64,000 bases of DNA, from the IMG/VR virus record IMGVR_UViG_3300042315_000659, one strand, 5' to 3'. Positions within the stretch are counted from its first letter, which is position 1. Each line of letters opens with the position of its first letter. The position numbers and the translations under genes were made by a program. The notes under the pieces were generated by a model. The model saw nothing but the letters and a program-made list of their open reading frames with translations. It did not search any database and was not told the origin of the DNA. Below are positions 47,817-56,953 of the stretch, in pieces. The stretch comes from an uncultured virus (IMG/VR IMGVR_UViG_3300042315_000659). Its lineage: Duplodnaviria > Heunggongvirae > Uroviricota > Caudoviricetes.

Positions 47817-50707
47817 TAGGTATTTATATCCTGTAGATAACAGTTAGAGAATGGAATTGAAAAAGTGATCGCAGACCCATTTAAGGTAGTTTCTACCCTC
47901 AAAAGCCATTGATTGTCAAAAGTGTCAAAAGTTGCTTCTATAACTTTTCCGACCGCTCTTGGTGGGATAGTTCGCTCTCCTATCTCTACAGATGCAGCCG
48001 TTCGTATTAATACGGTTTCTTTTTCAAGATCAGGGAGGCTATCGACATGGACACCATCAGCCGATAACTCATCGACTGGCTCTGATTCAACTTCTACTAT
48101 CTCAGTGTCAGAAACTGGTTCGGGTTTTGGTGTGGGAGTGGGAGCCTGGACAATTTCTTCTTTTATCTCTGATTGGTATTCTAGGGATTCATCCTCTATC
48201 TCAAAAGCTTCTAATTCTTTTGGCTCTTGATAGTGTAATACCATACCCCTTGATTTGATCTCTAGTCGTCCATAACCAGCTTGTTCCAACTGAGTAAGTA
48301 GGGTACGGGCGATAGATGTATTTACTTTTTCCCCATTAATTTTACGCCCGCCGAATTTTTGGGCAACGTCCCGAGGTTTAATTTGACCTGCGCTTTTAAC
48401 GATCTCCCAGATTTCGGATAAAATTCCCTGTACTGGATTGTCATCCTGAGATGTGACTCCTTGAATTGTCAAGAATTGACTGATATAGAAGTCGGTCATC
48501 TTAGCAGCTTTAATGGCTGTTTGCACAGGAATACTGTAAAGATTAGTATTGCCTGGATCAAATATCCAATTCAGAAGATGGATGCTTAATGTAAGCCTTA
48601 AAAAAGTCTTCATTTGCTTTCCTAGATAGGAAGCAAATGATGGATTAATCGCTCGATACTTCTTAATAAGTATCTCGTAATGGTACTTGATACCAAAGGC
48701 ATAATTTTCTCCAATTTCGCTAAACCAGCAATTATAAGGATCGACAATCCCATTTTCATCAGCTTCTAGACTAATTCCACTGATTTGATTGACCAGTGTT
48801 TCGATACACTCATCGATAGAATTAGGGTCTTCTGGCGGCTTACCAGGACGAGGATCAAGGGGTTCGTGTAGCAAGAAAAGATACCGAGAAACTGCCCCAT
48901 CGACATCATTAGATAAATCAAGATATTTCCTGAGTTTCTCGACTTGTATCCCACCTAATTTATTAAGTGTTTGCCCATCTAAATAGTATCGATTGTCTTT
49001 GTTTGCTCTATCGAAGGTGTTTCGGATAGGGCCATTCCAGTTGCTTAAATCTCTTTGCCGGTCATTACCTTTACCACCTGATCGGTACTGATTTAATCCT
49101 TCAAAAAATCCCGATAATTCGTCATATACGACTACCCCACCTTGCCAAGAAGGTTGCGAGGACATCGTTTTTAAGATGCCATCAAGAGTGCCTTCATCGT
49201 AAAACCACCGACGCGCCTGACAGTGTTCTTTCTCATAAAGACGAGGGTTGATTTCAGCGTTTGTTTTGTTTGCCTTGCGATCTGACGCTGACATCTCTTG
49301 CCACGCAGCTTTTAGATCGTCTAGTGTGGATTGTTCCTTAGTAACTCTTTTCTGCTCGGCTAAATCTTTTCTTTTCAAAACCCGACAAACTTCGTTTTGA
49401 GTGAGAGTTTTACCGGTAGAAACCCCGCCTAAGTCCGCACAGTAGAAGATCGGGTATTCCTTCCAGCATTCCCTTTCTCTTGCAGTAGTTCGGAGATTAA
49501 TAGCAAACCGACTTCCTAAAATAGCTCCTAGTATTGGCCATAAAGAATGCAGTAATCTGATTGGGGGTTGATTTAATGTCTTGGCACGGCTTATAATCGC
49601 TTCGGCTAAAGGTTTCGGAAGTATCTCAAAAAGATCAATCTCTTTCTGCTGATAATGCTTACCTTTCAGGAACCCTTCTAATCCTGATTTGATAGCGTCC
49701 CCTTCTGCTATTTCTGTTTTACGGATTTCAATTAAATGTCGTATGTCCGATGGTTTCTTACCAGTGGCTTTTGCCCACAGATCAACTTTTTCTTGCCACT
49801 GAGTTCGGGTGATTTCTTCCTGACCAATACAGCCGTCAATAGCTGTTATTAGGTCTTGAAAAGTCATCGTTTCTGTTACTGTGACTTCTTTTTCTTTGCT
49901 CTCTTTTATTTCTCTTGGTTTATCAACTATCGAAGCTAATAATGTATCGCAAGTTACCTTCTTTTCTTCAATCCAATTGATAATATCTACCCCTTGAGAT
50001 TCTGGCAAGTGATCCCATAAAGGAGAATCTGGATAGGCATAAAGCCATTTTGCATCGGGGAAATCTTGATAAATTTTCTGGCAGTGAGCCACTCCCCCTT
50101 TGTCGCGATCAGGGCATAAAATCAGATTTGCTCCCTTTAAAGCTTCTGTGTGAAGCGGCTGCCATTTCTTTGATCCGCCTATATTGCAAGTGGCAACCAG
50201 CCCAAACGACTCAAGCCTTTCTACCTTAGTCTCGCCTTCTACTACAAATATCTGGGTCCCTTCTTTAATAGCCTTTTCTAGGCGGTCTTGACGATAAAGA
50301 GGTATATCTTTGTACTCAATATCATCTATGCCCCACTTCCAATTTTTACCATTATCTGTAGAGTGCTGCTGTTTAATATCCTTTTTCCAGATACCATTCT
50401 CTTGATAGTCCTTCCGGTACACACGGACTCTTAACCCATTGGCAAGAGGGGGATAAAGAAAATATTGGGTTTTTTCTGTTTTGTAGTCGGAAAATTTGAC
50501 TTCTTTCTTAAAATAGTAGATTGGCTTGCCCTGGCTATCTAATTTAGAAGATTTTTCCCATCCCGGTGCGGGTTCGTGATCTCGATTGCAGACCGAGAGT
50601 AAATTGCCGTCTTCAGATGTGTACATATAGCACCAATCAGGCTTGCCACAGTGGGGACAAGGATTGTTTTTGTCGATCTTGACACGATTCGAGGATTGTG
50701 TTACCAT
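47816..50707 (-). CDS. Primase-helicase replication protein (Zn finger + TOPRIM + DUF3987-like P-loop domain)
   Basis: CPHCGKPDWC, VVEGE, PDRDKGG, GGVSTGKT, VYDELSGFF. Confidence 0.85.
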   Translation of the reverse strand: MVTQSSNRVKIDKNNPCPHCGKPDWCYMYTSEDGNLLSVCNRDHEPAPGWEKSSKLDSQGKPIYYFKKEVKFSDYKTEKTQYFLYPPLANGLRVRVYRKDYQENGIWKKDIKQQHSTDNGKNWKWGIDDIEYKDIPLYRQDRLEKAIKEGTQIFVVEGETKVERLESFGLVATCNIGGSKKWQPLHTEALKGANLILCPDRDKGGVAHCQKIYQDFPDAKWLYAYPDSPLWDHLPESQGVDIINWIEEKKVTCDTLLASIVDKPREIKESKEKEVTVTETMTFQDLITAIDGCIGQEEITRTQWQEKVDLWAKATGKKPSDIRHLIEIRKTEIAEGDAIKSGLEGFLKGKHYQQKEIDLFEILPKPLAEAIISRAKTLNQPPIRLLHSLWPILGAILGSRFAINLRTTARERECWKEYPIFYCADLGGVSTGKTLTQNEVCRVLKRKDLAEQKRVTKEQSTLDDLKAAWQEMSASDRKANKTNAEINPRLYEKEHCQARRWFYDEGTLDGILKTMSSQPSWQGGVVVYDELSGFFEGLNQYRSGGKGNDRQRDLSNWNGPIRNTFDRANKDNRYYLDGQTLNKLGGIQVEKLRKYLDLSNDVDGAVSRYLFLLHEPLDPRPGKPPEDPNSIDECIETLVNQISGISLEADENGIVDPYNCWFSEIGENYAFGIKYHYEILIKKYRAINPSFASYLGKQMKTFLRLTLSIHLLNWIFDPGNTNLYSIPVQTAIKAAKMTDFYISQFLTIQGVTSQDDNPVQGILSEIWEIVKSAGQIKPRDVAQKFGGRKINGEKVNTSIARTLLTQLEQAGYGRLEIKSRGMVLHYQEPKELEAFEIEDESLEYQSEIKEEIVQAPTPTPKPEPVSDTEIVEVESEPVDELSADGVHVDSLPDLEKETVLIRTAASVEIGERTIPPRAVGKVIEATFDTFDNQWLLRVETTLNGSAITFSIPFSNCYLQDINT

Positions 50708-50769
50708 AAATGTTATTGAAATAAAAAAAAAGTGTTTTGTTTACAGACCCGCTTCCGAGCGGGTTTTTT
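50679..50769 (+). ncRNA. Candidate antisense RNA unit against the primase leader (promoter plus ~55-nt transcript plus terminator)
   Basis: TTGACA (50679-84), 17 nt, extended TGnTACCAT (-10 at 50702-07); terminator GACCCGCT-TCCG-AGCGGGTT plus T run at 50746-50769. Confidence 0.55.
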
Positions 50770-50850
50770 GTTGGGTGGAGTGGTAGGAAACAAATCAAAG
50801 TATCTACTATCCTAGCAGAATTTTCTTGATCGGTAAATACTACACTTACA

Positions 50851-51099
50851 CTACATCTGTAAATCCTTGCTACGCTTAGGCTTTAGGCTATGTAAGGAGT
50901 TGTAAAACGCAGCTTCGCCCTCTTTTCTAGCATTGAGTTCGGCATCAATGGGGATAAAAAGGTAGGATTTTAGTGCAATCTCAAACACTTCTTGGGTCTT
51001 TAGGTCTAAAACCTCAGCCCTTTGACAAATTTCAGCCCATAGCTCTCGTTTTACGCGGACTGAAACAACTTTTATTAGGGCATCTTGATTAGCGGACAT
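50851..51099 (-). CDS. Ribbon-helix-helix (CopG/Arc-like) regulator
   Basis: VVSVRVKRELWAEICQRA...QEVFEIALKSYL. Confidence 0.6.
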   Translation of the reverse strand: MSANQDALIKVVSVRVKRELWAEICQRAEVLDLKTQEVFEIALKSYLFIPIDAELNARKEGEAAFYNSLHSLKPKRSKDLQM

Positions 51100-51150
51100 A
51101 GTTTAATCTACAGAATTTTCTATATTGTAGCATAAAAGCTGAGATTGATC

Positions 51151-51183
51151 GTAAGTTTTTTGTAAGTTTTTTGTAAGTTTTTT
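51151..51183 (+). repeat. 11-bp direct repeat GTAAGTTTTTT x3 in the divergent intergenic region
   Basis: Read directly; reverse-complement copies at 56606-56627. Confidence 0.8.
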
Positions 51184-51227
51184 GCAGGGTAGTGTAAGAT
51201 AAGGGTATCTTATCAAAATACACTTTT

Positions 51228-51833
51228 ATGGCTACACCACGATTCAATAGCGACGGATCACCCCGAAAACGAGTAAAAAGTTCGGCTCTGACAGAAAAAG
51301 GGATAAGCAAAATGTCCGACACTATTAAGGCAAAAAGAATGGGGCTAGGTATGACCCAAGCCGAATTTACTGAGTGGATACTAAAAGAAGGCCGGCGATT
51401 GGGATTACCTGGCACAGAATTTTCTGGGGGAGCGGTTCAAAACTGGGAGCTAAAAAATATCGCTAGTTGCCCTGATCTAGGGAATATGCGATTACTAGCT
51501 GCTGTATTTGGTCTTGATACAGATTCTTTTGTGAATTATCTTAATGGCGACTGGCTAACAATTCAGGATTTTCTAAAAGATCCAATCAATCAAAAAAAGG
51601 ATTGTGTTAAAAATCCTAATTTAGTTCCCGAACTTTTTCAGGAAGCTGATACTCAAGTTAAAGCAAAGCTTGTAATTAAAGAAGTTGAGTCTCTTTACTC
51701 AAAGCTAGATGAGTTACAGAAGATGATTAAAGAGATCGATCTAGAAGATGTGAAAGCTTTTCTGTGTTCTGCCCCAAAGGATTTACAGAAAGAAGTTTAC
51801 CAATATTTACAGGAGAAACTGATCGGAGCATAA
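51228..51833 (+). CDS. XRE-family repressor (CI-like)
   Basis: IKAKRMGLGMTQAEF...AVQNWE...PDLGNMRLLA; divergent from the replication genes. Confidence 0.75.
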   Translation: MATPRFNSDGSPRKRVKSSALTEKGISKMSDTIKAKRMGLGMTQAEFTEWILKEGRRLGLPGTEFSGGAVQNWELKNIASCPDLGNMRLLAAVFGLDTDSFVNYLNGDWLTIQDFLKDPINQKKDCVKNPNLVPELFQEADTQVKAKLVIKEVESLYSKLDELQKMIKEIDLEDVKAFLCSAPKDLQKEVYQYLQEKLIGA

Positions 51834-51837
51834 CAGA

Positions 51838-51867
51838 AAAAAACAGAGGGTTAACCCTCTGTTTTTT
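51838..51867. terminator. Bidirectional terminator
   Basis: Perfect palindrome AAAAAACAGAGGGTTAACCCTCTGTTTTTT between convergent genes. Confidence 0.7.
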
Positions 51868-51876
51868 ATTTGAGAT

Positions 51877-52233
51877 TTATTGGAACATATCATTTGTTGC
51901 TTGATATGTTCCAACTGGAGTAAATCCTTGTTTATCTTTTCGGTTAATTCCATAATCACTTAAGTACGGACCGTAAAGGGGAATACTTTCTAAATGTCTA
52001 TAATAATCCTTTAAGCTCCATCGGCTGCCATCAGAAAATACATAAACTGTATATCCGTAAACTATTTCAATTTTTTCTAGACTCCCAAGTATTCTTTTTG
52101 AATGAACACTTCTAAAAATCTTTTTTTCTGCCTGTTTTTTTTCTTGTTCTATTTTTTCTGGACTCAGTTGTACGGGGTCAAGCTGAGGCCACTCTGTGTG
52201 ACGAGAAGGACAATCTGAGACGAAAAAAGACAT
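51877..52233 (-). CDS. Hypothetical protein
   Basis: 118-aa ORF with GGAG RBS. Confidence 0.6.
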   Translation of the reverse strand: MSFFVSDCPSRHTEWPQLDPVQLSPEKIEQEKKQAEKKIFRSVHSKRILGSLEKIEIVYGYTVYVFSDGSRWSLKDYYRHLESIPLYGPYLSDYGINRKDKQGFTPVGTYQATNDMFQ

Positions 52234-52285
52234 AATACTCCTAATTGTTTTGATTTTTAGTTGATAACTGATAGCTAATTTTAAA

Positions 52286-52516
52286 CTAATCTAACTTAGA
52301 TAGTAAAGCTTCAATTGTTTTTAGCCCATTCCCCGCCGCTACACATCCGTCTTTAGAAGCTAAAAGCGACAAATCTACAAGTATTAATTCAAAAAAGACT
52401 GTTTTTTCTTCTTTACTAGCAAAGGGAAAAACTAAATCACCGACTACATCTGTTAGTTTTTCGGCCATTAGTGAAGTCTGTGTAGGATCGCTGTAATAGT
52501 CAATTTTTTGGCTCAT
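52286..52516 (-). CDS. Hypothetical protein
   Basis: 76-aa ORF. Confidence 0.55.
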   Translation of the reverse strand: MSQKIDYYSDPTQTSLMAEKLTDVVGDLVFPFASKEEKTVFFELILVDLSLLASKDGCVAAGNGLKTIEALLSKLD

Positions 52517-52568
52517 TGTTTTTCTCTGATTTATTTAGTAATTTTCTACTGATAACTGACAACTAATC

Positions 52569-53630
52569 CTAACTTAATCTTTCTACAAAATTAATAACTT
52601 TTTCCCATAATTCTTTAGGAAAGTCCACACTAATTGTATTATCATCTGTTTGTCTTGCGTTCCCCTCGTTTACTAGAGTGATCAGCAGATATTTAACTTC
52701 TTTAGCTTTCGGAGTAAGCTTAATTGGTTTTGGCTCTGTTTCGTCACTGGGTTTTACGTTTCCATCAGAGTCTAAAAAAGTTGGATTTTTGGACTCTATA
52801 AGATTAGCTGCTACAGATTGAACTAATTCTCCAGTGGCTTTTATCCCTTTTTCTTCCGCTATAGCTACAGTCTCTAAAAGAACATTTTCTTTCTCCGAGA
52901 GTGTTAGTTCATTTTTCCTTACAAGATTGTGTAAAGTCGTCTCCGATACTTTACCTTCGATTGCTTTTAATGTCGGACTAGACATCGAAGAAATCTCTAG
53001 AGTCCGATCATATTCTGATTTTTTCCATCCAGTTTTTTCGCAAAACTGTTGGTAGGACTGTTCTTCAGTTAAACCAGCTAATCTATCCTCGTGTAAATGC
53101 CGTCTGATCAGTTTCGCTTTGTCGTACACCGATAGTTTTTCGCTATCAGTGCCGTAGGAGAGCATTTGATACTCTAAATCACGGACGGTTAGCCCGCCCG
53201 ACAAAGGCTTAATAATTGCTAGAACGTTAGGAATTATTATTTCTTGAGAGGCTAAAAACAACCAAGCTAATACCCTTCGATGCCCGTCCATAGGAAACAG
53301 TCGATCACCGTCTGCAATCAAGTGTAAAGGTTGATAGATTACGCCCGATGCCAGTATCTTATCGGCTAGTTCCTGAATTAACTCCAAGTCGTAGGTAACG
53401 CGGGTATTCCATCCGTTTTCTCCTGAGATGGACTCAATTAAGTCTTGACTAAAGATTAAATGGGTTTCGCTAGGTAGGACGCGCATTTTGCCGTCGTCAT
53501 GAAGACCTATTCTCGGCCCGATAAAATCACCATTAGCCAGTCTAAAAGAAATTAGTCGGGGATCGATCACTATTAACTCTCCCCGTGCAGAGCCATAGGT
53601 TCTGATTTTGTCTCTTGAATTTGCACTCAT
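52569..53630 (-). CDS. ParB-like protein
   Basis: ELADKILASGVIYQPL, DGHRRVLA. Confidence 0.75.
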   Translation of the reverse strand: MSANSRDKIRTYGSARGELIVIDPRLISFRLANGDFIGPRIGLHDDGKMRVLPSETHLIFSQDLIESISGENGWNTRVTYDLELIQELADKILASGVIYQPLHLIADGDRLFPMDGHRRVLAWLFLASQEIIIPNVLAIIKPLSGGLTVRDLEYQMLSYGTDSEKLSVYDKAKLIRRHLHEDRLAGLTEEQSYQQFCEKTGWKKSEYDRTLEISSMSSPTLKAIEGKVSETTLHNLVRKNELTLSEKENVLLETVAIAEEKGIKATGELVQSVAANLIESKNPTFLDSDGNVKPSDETEPKPIKLTPKAKEVKYLLITLVNEGNARQTDDNTISVDFPKELWEKVINFVERLS

Positions 53631-53634
53631 TTTG

Positions 53635-54893
53635 TTACTCCTCAGTTGTGCTTGGGTTGTAAGTTAGTCCCCAGATGTGAGACGTTCCGTATATTTCTTT
53701 ATAATCACCCTCTACTACAAAATTAGAGGCTATAGCGATAGCTTCCATAAACAAGTTAGCATCCTTTTTCAACTGTTTAGGGATAGGAACATCTGTCTTA
53801 CAAAAAGCAAGAAATAACCACACCCAAAATGTTATTTTCTTTGTAATAGATTGATTCCAATCGTAATTACCAAGAACAAGACAATCCATTATATTGCCCT
53901 TGATTGCGGATTTATAAAACAGTTCTAAATAGTCTAATTTAGGATTCTGTTTCACTTCTAATAGTAAAGTATCAACGTATTGTTTAGCTTCGGTAGGCAA
54001 GCTATTGTATTTTCTCTGAACTAGCATTGCGCGTTGAATGTCCATTGGGTTACTCCTTCTGTAGATTATTTTTAGTTGTTTCTTGCTTTATTCGTAGTCC
54101 CATCAATGGGAGAATGACATAACCCTCCTTTACAAGGTAACTAGCTATAACAAAAGATTGTAGAAAAAGACAATAGTTTTTCTTGAGAAGATTAGGTATT
54201 GCTACACCTGTTAAAATCGAAAAGATAAACTGGAGTATAGCAGTTTTAAAACGCCAAAAACATCCTACTTTCCTATTTGAATCAGCGTCAATAAATGCAC
54301 TGCTTAAAAGACATTCTATATCATTGTCATCTGCTTTGATTACGCTTTCATAAACTCCTTCTAGTAGTTTTGATACAAAGGGGTTTTTTGATGTTTTAAG
54401 AACTAAGCGATCAACATATTGCTTGGCTTCTGTTGGCAACTCAGCGTAGCTTAAGTTGATTAGCACTCGATAGGTCAGGCTTTTCATTTTTTTACCCCTT
54501 AGTTGTATTGTCGGTTATTTCTTTATACCAGCTTTTTTCTGCTAGAAAAATCGACGCTAGTGTTAAAGCTTCTCTGAAAAGATCAAAATCTTTTTTAAGA
54601 GGAGAAGGAATAGCAACTCCTGTACATATAGGCATGAGAATAGTTATAACCCAAAATTTAACCCGATTAATAAAAGAGAGATTCCATTTACCATCGAATA
54701 AGTACAGATAGACGTATCCTTTTTGTATATCTCCTTCCCACCACCAGATTAATATCTCTTTAGTTATTTGGCTAGTTTGAGATTTTTTTAATAAATCATC
54801 AATCCAATTTTTTGAGTCAAGAGATAATTCGAGATATTTATTTTTAATCATAAGCTTATACAGCTCCTCTTTGAGATGCGAGTTGATGTTCAC
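53635..54893 (-). CDS. Three tandem paralogous hypothetical ORFs (53635-54045, 54050-54487, 54492-54893)
   Basis: Shared Y..L..EAKQYVD and IP..LKK...LF.....IAS patterns. Confidence 0.65.
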
Positions 54894-54926
54894 TGTTTTA
54901 CTCCCTAATTGTGCTAGTTTTTACTT

Positions 54927-55346
54927 TTAAGGCATTTTTAGGTCTTCATAGCGTTTTCCCCATTCGTTAACAAGAATCGTAATTTCTGGAAAATTAATCG
55001 CCTTACCTTTAATCCATATATACGGATTATTTGATTCCGATAAACTTGTTAATGTTTCAAATAGCAAGTTCGTAGAATTGAAATCTACAAATGTTAGATT
55101 AATCTTGATTACTTTTTTAGTCTTGCCAGAATCGCAAGTAATCTCAAAATCTGCCCTTAATTGCTGTACTTGATCAATACCTACACTAAAAACTAGGTTA
55201 GCTACCAATCCATGTAAGCAAATACTTTCGACTTGCCTTGTACTTAAAACTTTCCATTGGTTTTTGCTGCTTTCAACTAAGATTTCTTGTATTTGCTGGA
55301 AAGTCAGTTCATCCCACCAATCACGACTTAAGAGATTCAGATTCAT
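54927..55346 (-). CDS. Hypothetical protein
   Basis: 139-aa ORF with GGAG RBS. Confidence 0.6.
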   Translation of the reverse strand: MNLNLLSRDWWDELTFQQIQEILVESSKNQWKVLSTRQVESICLHGLVANLVFSVGIDQVQQLRADFEITCDSGKTKKVIKINLTFVDFNSTNLLFETLTSLSESNNPYIWIKGKAINFPEITILVNEWGKRYEDLKMP

Positions 55347-55436
55347 TTAATACTCCTTAATTTCCATTTTTAGATTTTTTAGCTTTTCAGGTCTTTATAG
55401 GTTGCTGATAACTGACGACTGACAACTGGCAACTAA

Positions 55437-56234
55437 TTAAAAATCTTCACTGAGAAGTTCACCAGGATCAATATTTTCACTGCGAACTTCTATTACTGGC
55501 TTTTGCCTTGCCTCTATAGCTTTTTTTAGGAGGTCGGCTAATTCTTTTTCAGAGGTTGCTTGTTGGGCTATTTGCTCTGCTTCTGATTGAGGTAATCCTT
55601 GAGTTACAGCCCAAGTAATTCCAGCTTGTTTGCGTTCTGATAGCACCGACTGTGGTTTGTTTGGCAAAGATACTTCCACATCTACTACATTACCAGATTC
55701 GCCAATTTCAGCGCCTAACTCATCAGGATTATAAATAGGTGCGCCAAGTGCTAAGTCGGGGCAAAACTCACGGAATCCGTTAGAAATCGCCCTTGCAAAA
55801 AGCATATTTTTGGGGTATTTTTTCCAGTTAGGATTCCCTGCGAGAAGTCCCGCTACTTGGGCATCGTCTTTTGAAAAAGAACTAATTCCTAATGATTCCC
55901 AGTTGTTTTGCCAAAGCTCAAAAAACTCTAATTCGCAGATTTCTGGCGTGTGTTTAATTTTTTTGTATCGGTATTTACCCGATCCTTTAATTAAAGCTGC
56001 CATTAAATTAGCACTTAGTGCAGGCTTTCCTTGTATTAAATGAATACCAGTCATCGAGGCAAAAGCAGGAATGCCTAACTCTTTTCCCGCTAAAACTTTG
56101 ACAAAACATTTAGCAGCACTTTGTACATCCCCAAACATTCCTGATTTTGCCAGAATATCAGAAACTTTGTAAATGTCATCGACTGTTTTAAGTTCTAATG
56201 GGGAAGATTTGATATTGACAATTTCACTAGACAT
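55437..56234 (-). CDS. RecT/Bet-like single-strand annealing protein
   Basis: AGKELGIPAFASMTGIHLIQGKP, WKKYPKNMLFARA, FCPD...IYNPDEL; start reassigned to ATG 56234. Confidence 0.75.
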   Translation of the reverse strand: MSSEIVNIKSSPLELKTVDDIYKVSDILAKSGMFGDVQSAAKCFVKVLAGKELGIPAFASMTGIHLIQGKPALSANLMAALIKGSGKYRYKKIKHTPEICELEFFELWQNNWESLGISSFSKDDAQVAGLLAGNPNWKKYPKNMLFARAISNGFREFCPDLALGAPIYNPDELGAEIGESGNVVDVEVSLPNKPQSVLSERKQAGITWAVTQGLPQSEAEQIAQQATSEKELADLLKKAIEARQKPVIEVRSENIDPGELLSEDF

Positions 56235-56244
56235 AATGTTACTC

Positions 56245-56538
56245 CTAAAAAGAAAGGTTGCTAAGATCGCTAAATCTATAAGAAGAAGGAAACTCATCTG
56301 TTTCTTTGCCAGCAAAATACTTGACCACACTTGGGCAAGTGACATTATGAGCCTTTGTTACTTCCAGAAGTTTCGACATAACCACTTGCTGTGCTTGATT
56401 TAAAAGAAATTCATAGCAAGCATCAGCATCTTCGCCGTCTTCTGGTTTTCCATGAATATTTATACTCACATTCACAGACTCAAAGTTGCCAAGATTGACT
56501 TTCTGGCTATAATCTACCGAGATATGGGTGATAAGCAT
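56245..56538 (-). CDS. Hypothetical protein
   Basis: KVNLGNFES motif; promoter TTGACA-17-TAAGAT upstream (~56565-56593). Confidence 0.65.
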   Translation of the reverse strand: MLITHISVDYSQKVNLGNFESVNVSINIHGKPEDGEDADACYEFLLNQAQQVVMSKLLEVTKAHNVTCPSVVKYFAGKETDEFPSSYRFSDLSNLSF

Positions 56539-56664
56539 TTCTCCTCTAAAATTTGATTAATACAATCTTATAGTAGATTACTAGAATTGTCAAGTATTTT
56601 TAAAAAAAAAACTTGCAAAAAACTTACAAAAAGATAATAGTACAGAAGAACTAAGTTATTATCG

Positions 56665-56905
56665 TTAATAGATTGTAGATAAGGATATTAACAATGAAAG
56701 TCTTGATATATATAGGTTTCATCCTTTGTTGATACTGTTAACGCTATCCCCCAATATTATTTTTTTTACACTCTTATTGTCTAGTCTGTTTATCTCTTTT
56801 TATCTTTTTTCCTCTATACAGTATCAACGGTATTAACAAACCTTGAAACCTAGACAGCGTAAGGATTTTGATTGTTAATAAGGTTATTAACAATCGAATT
56901 ACAAA
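56665..56905. repeat. Dispersed palindromic repeat family, locus C (inverted pair of units)
   Basis: Homologous to loci A and B. Confidence 0.7.
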
Positions 56906-56953
56906 AGAACAGTAGATATACTTAGCATATTTAAATTAAATACTGCTATCTGC

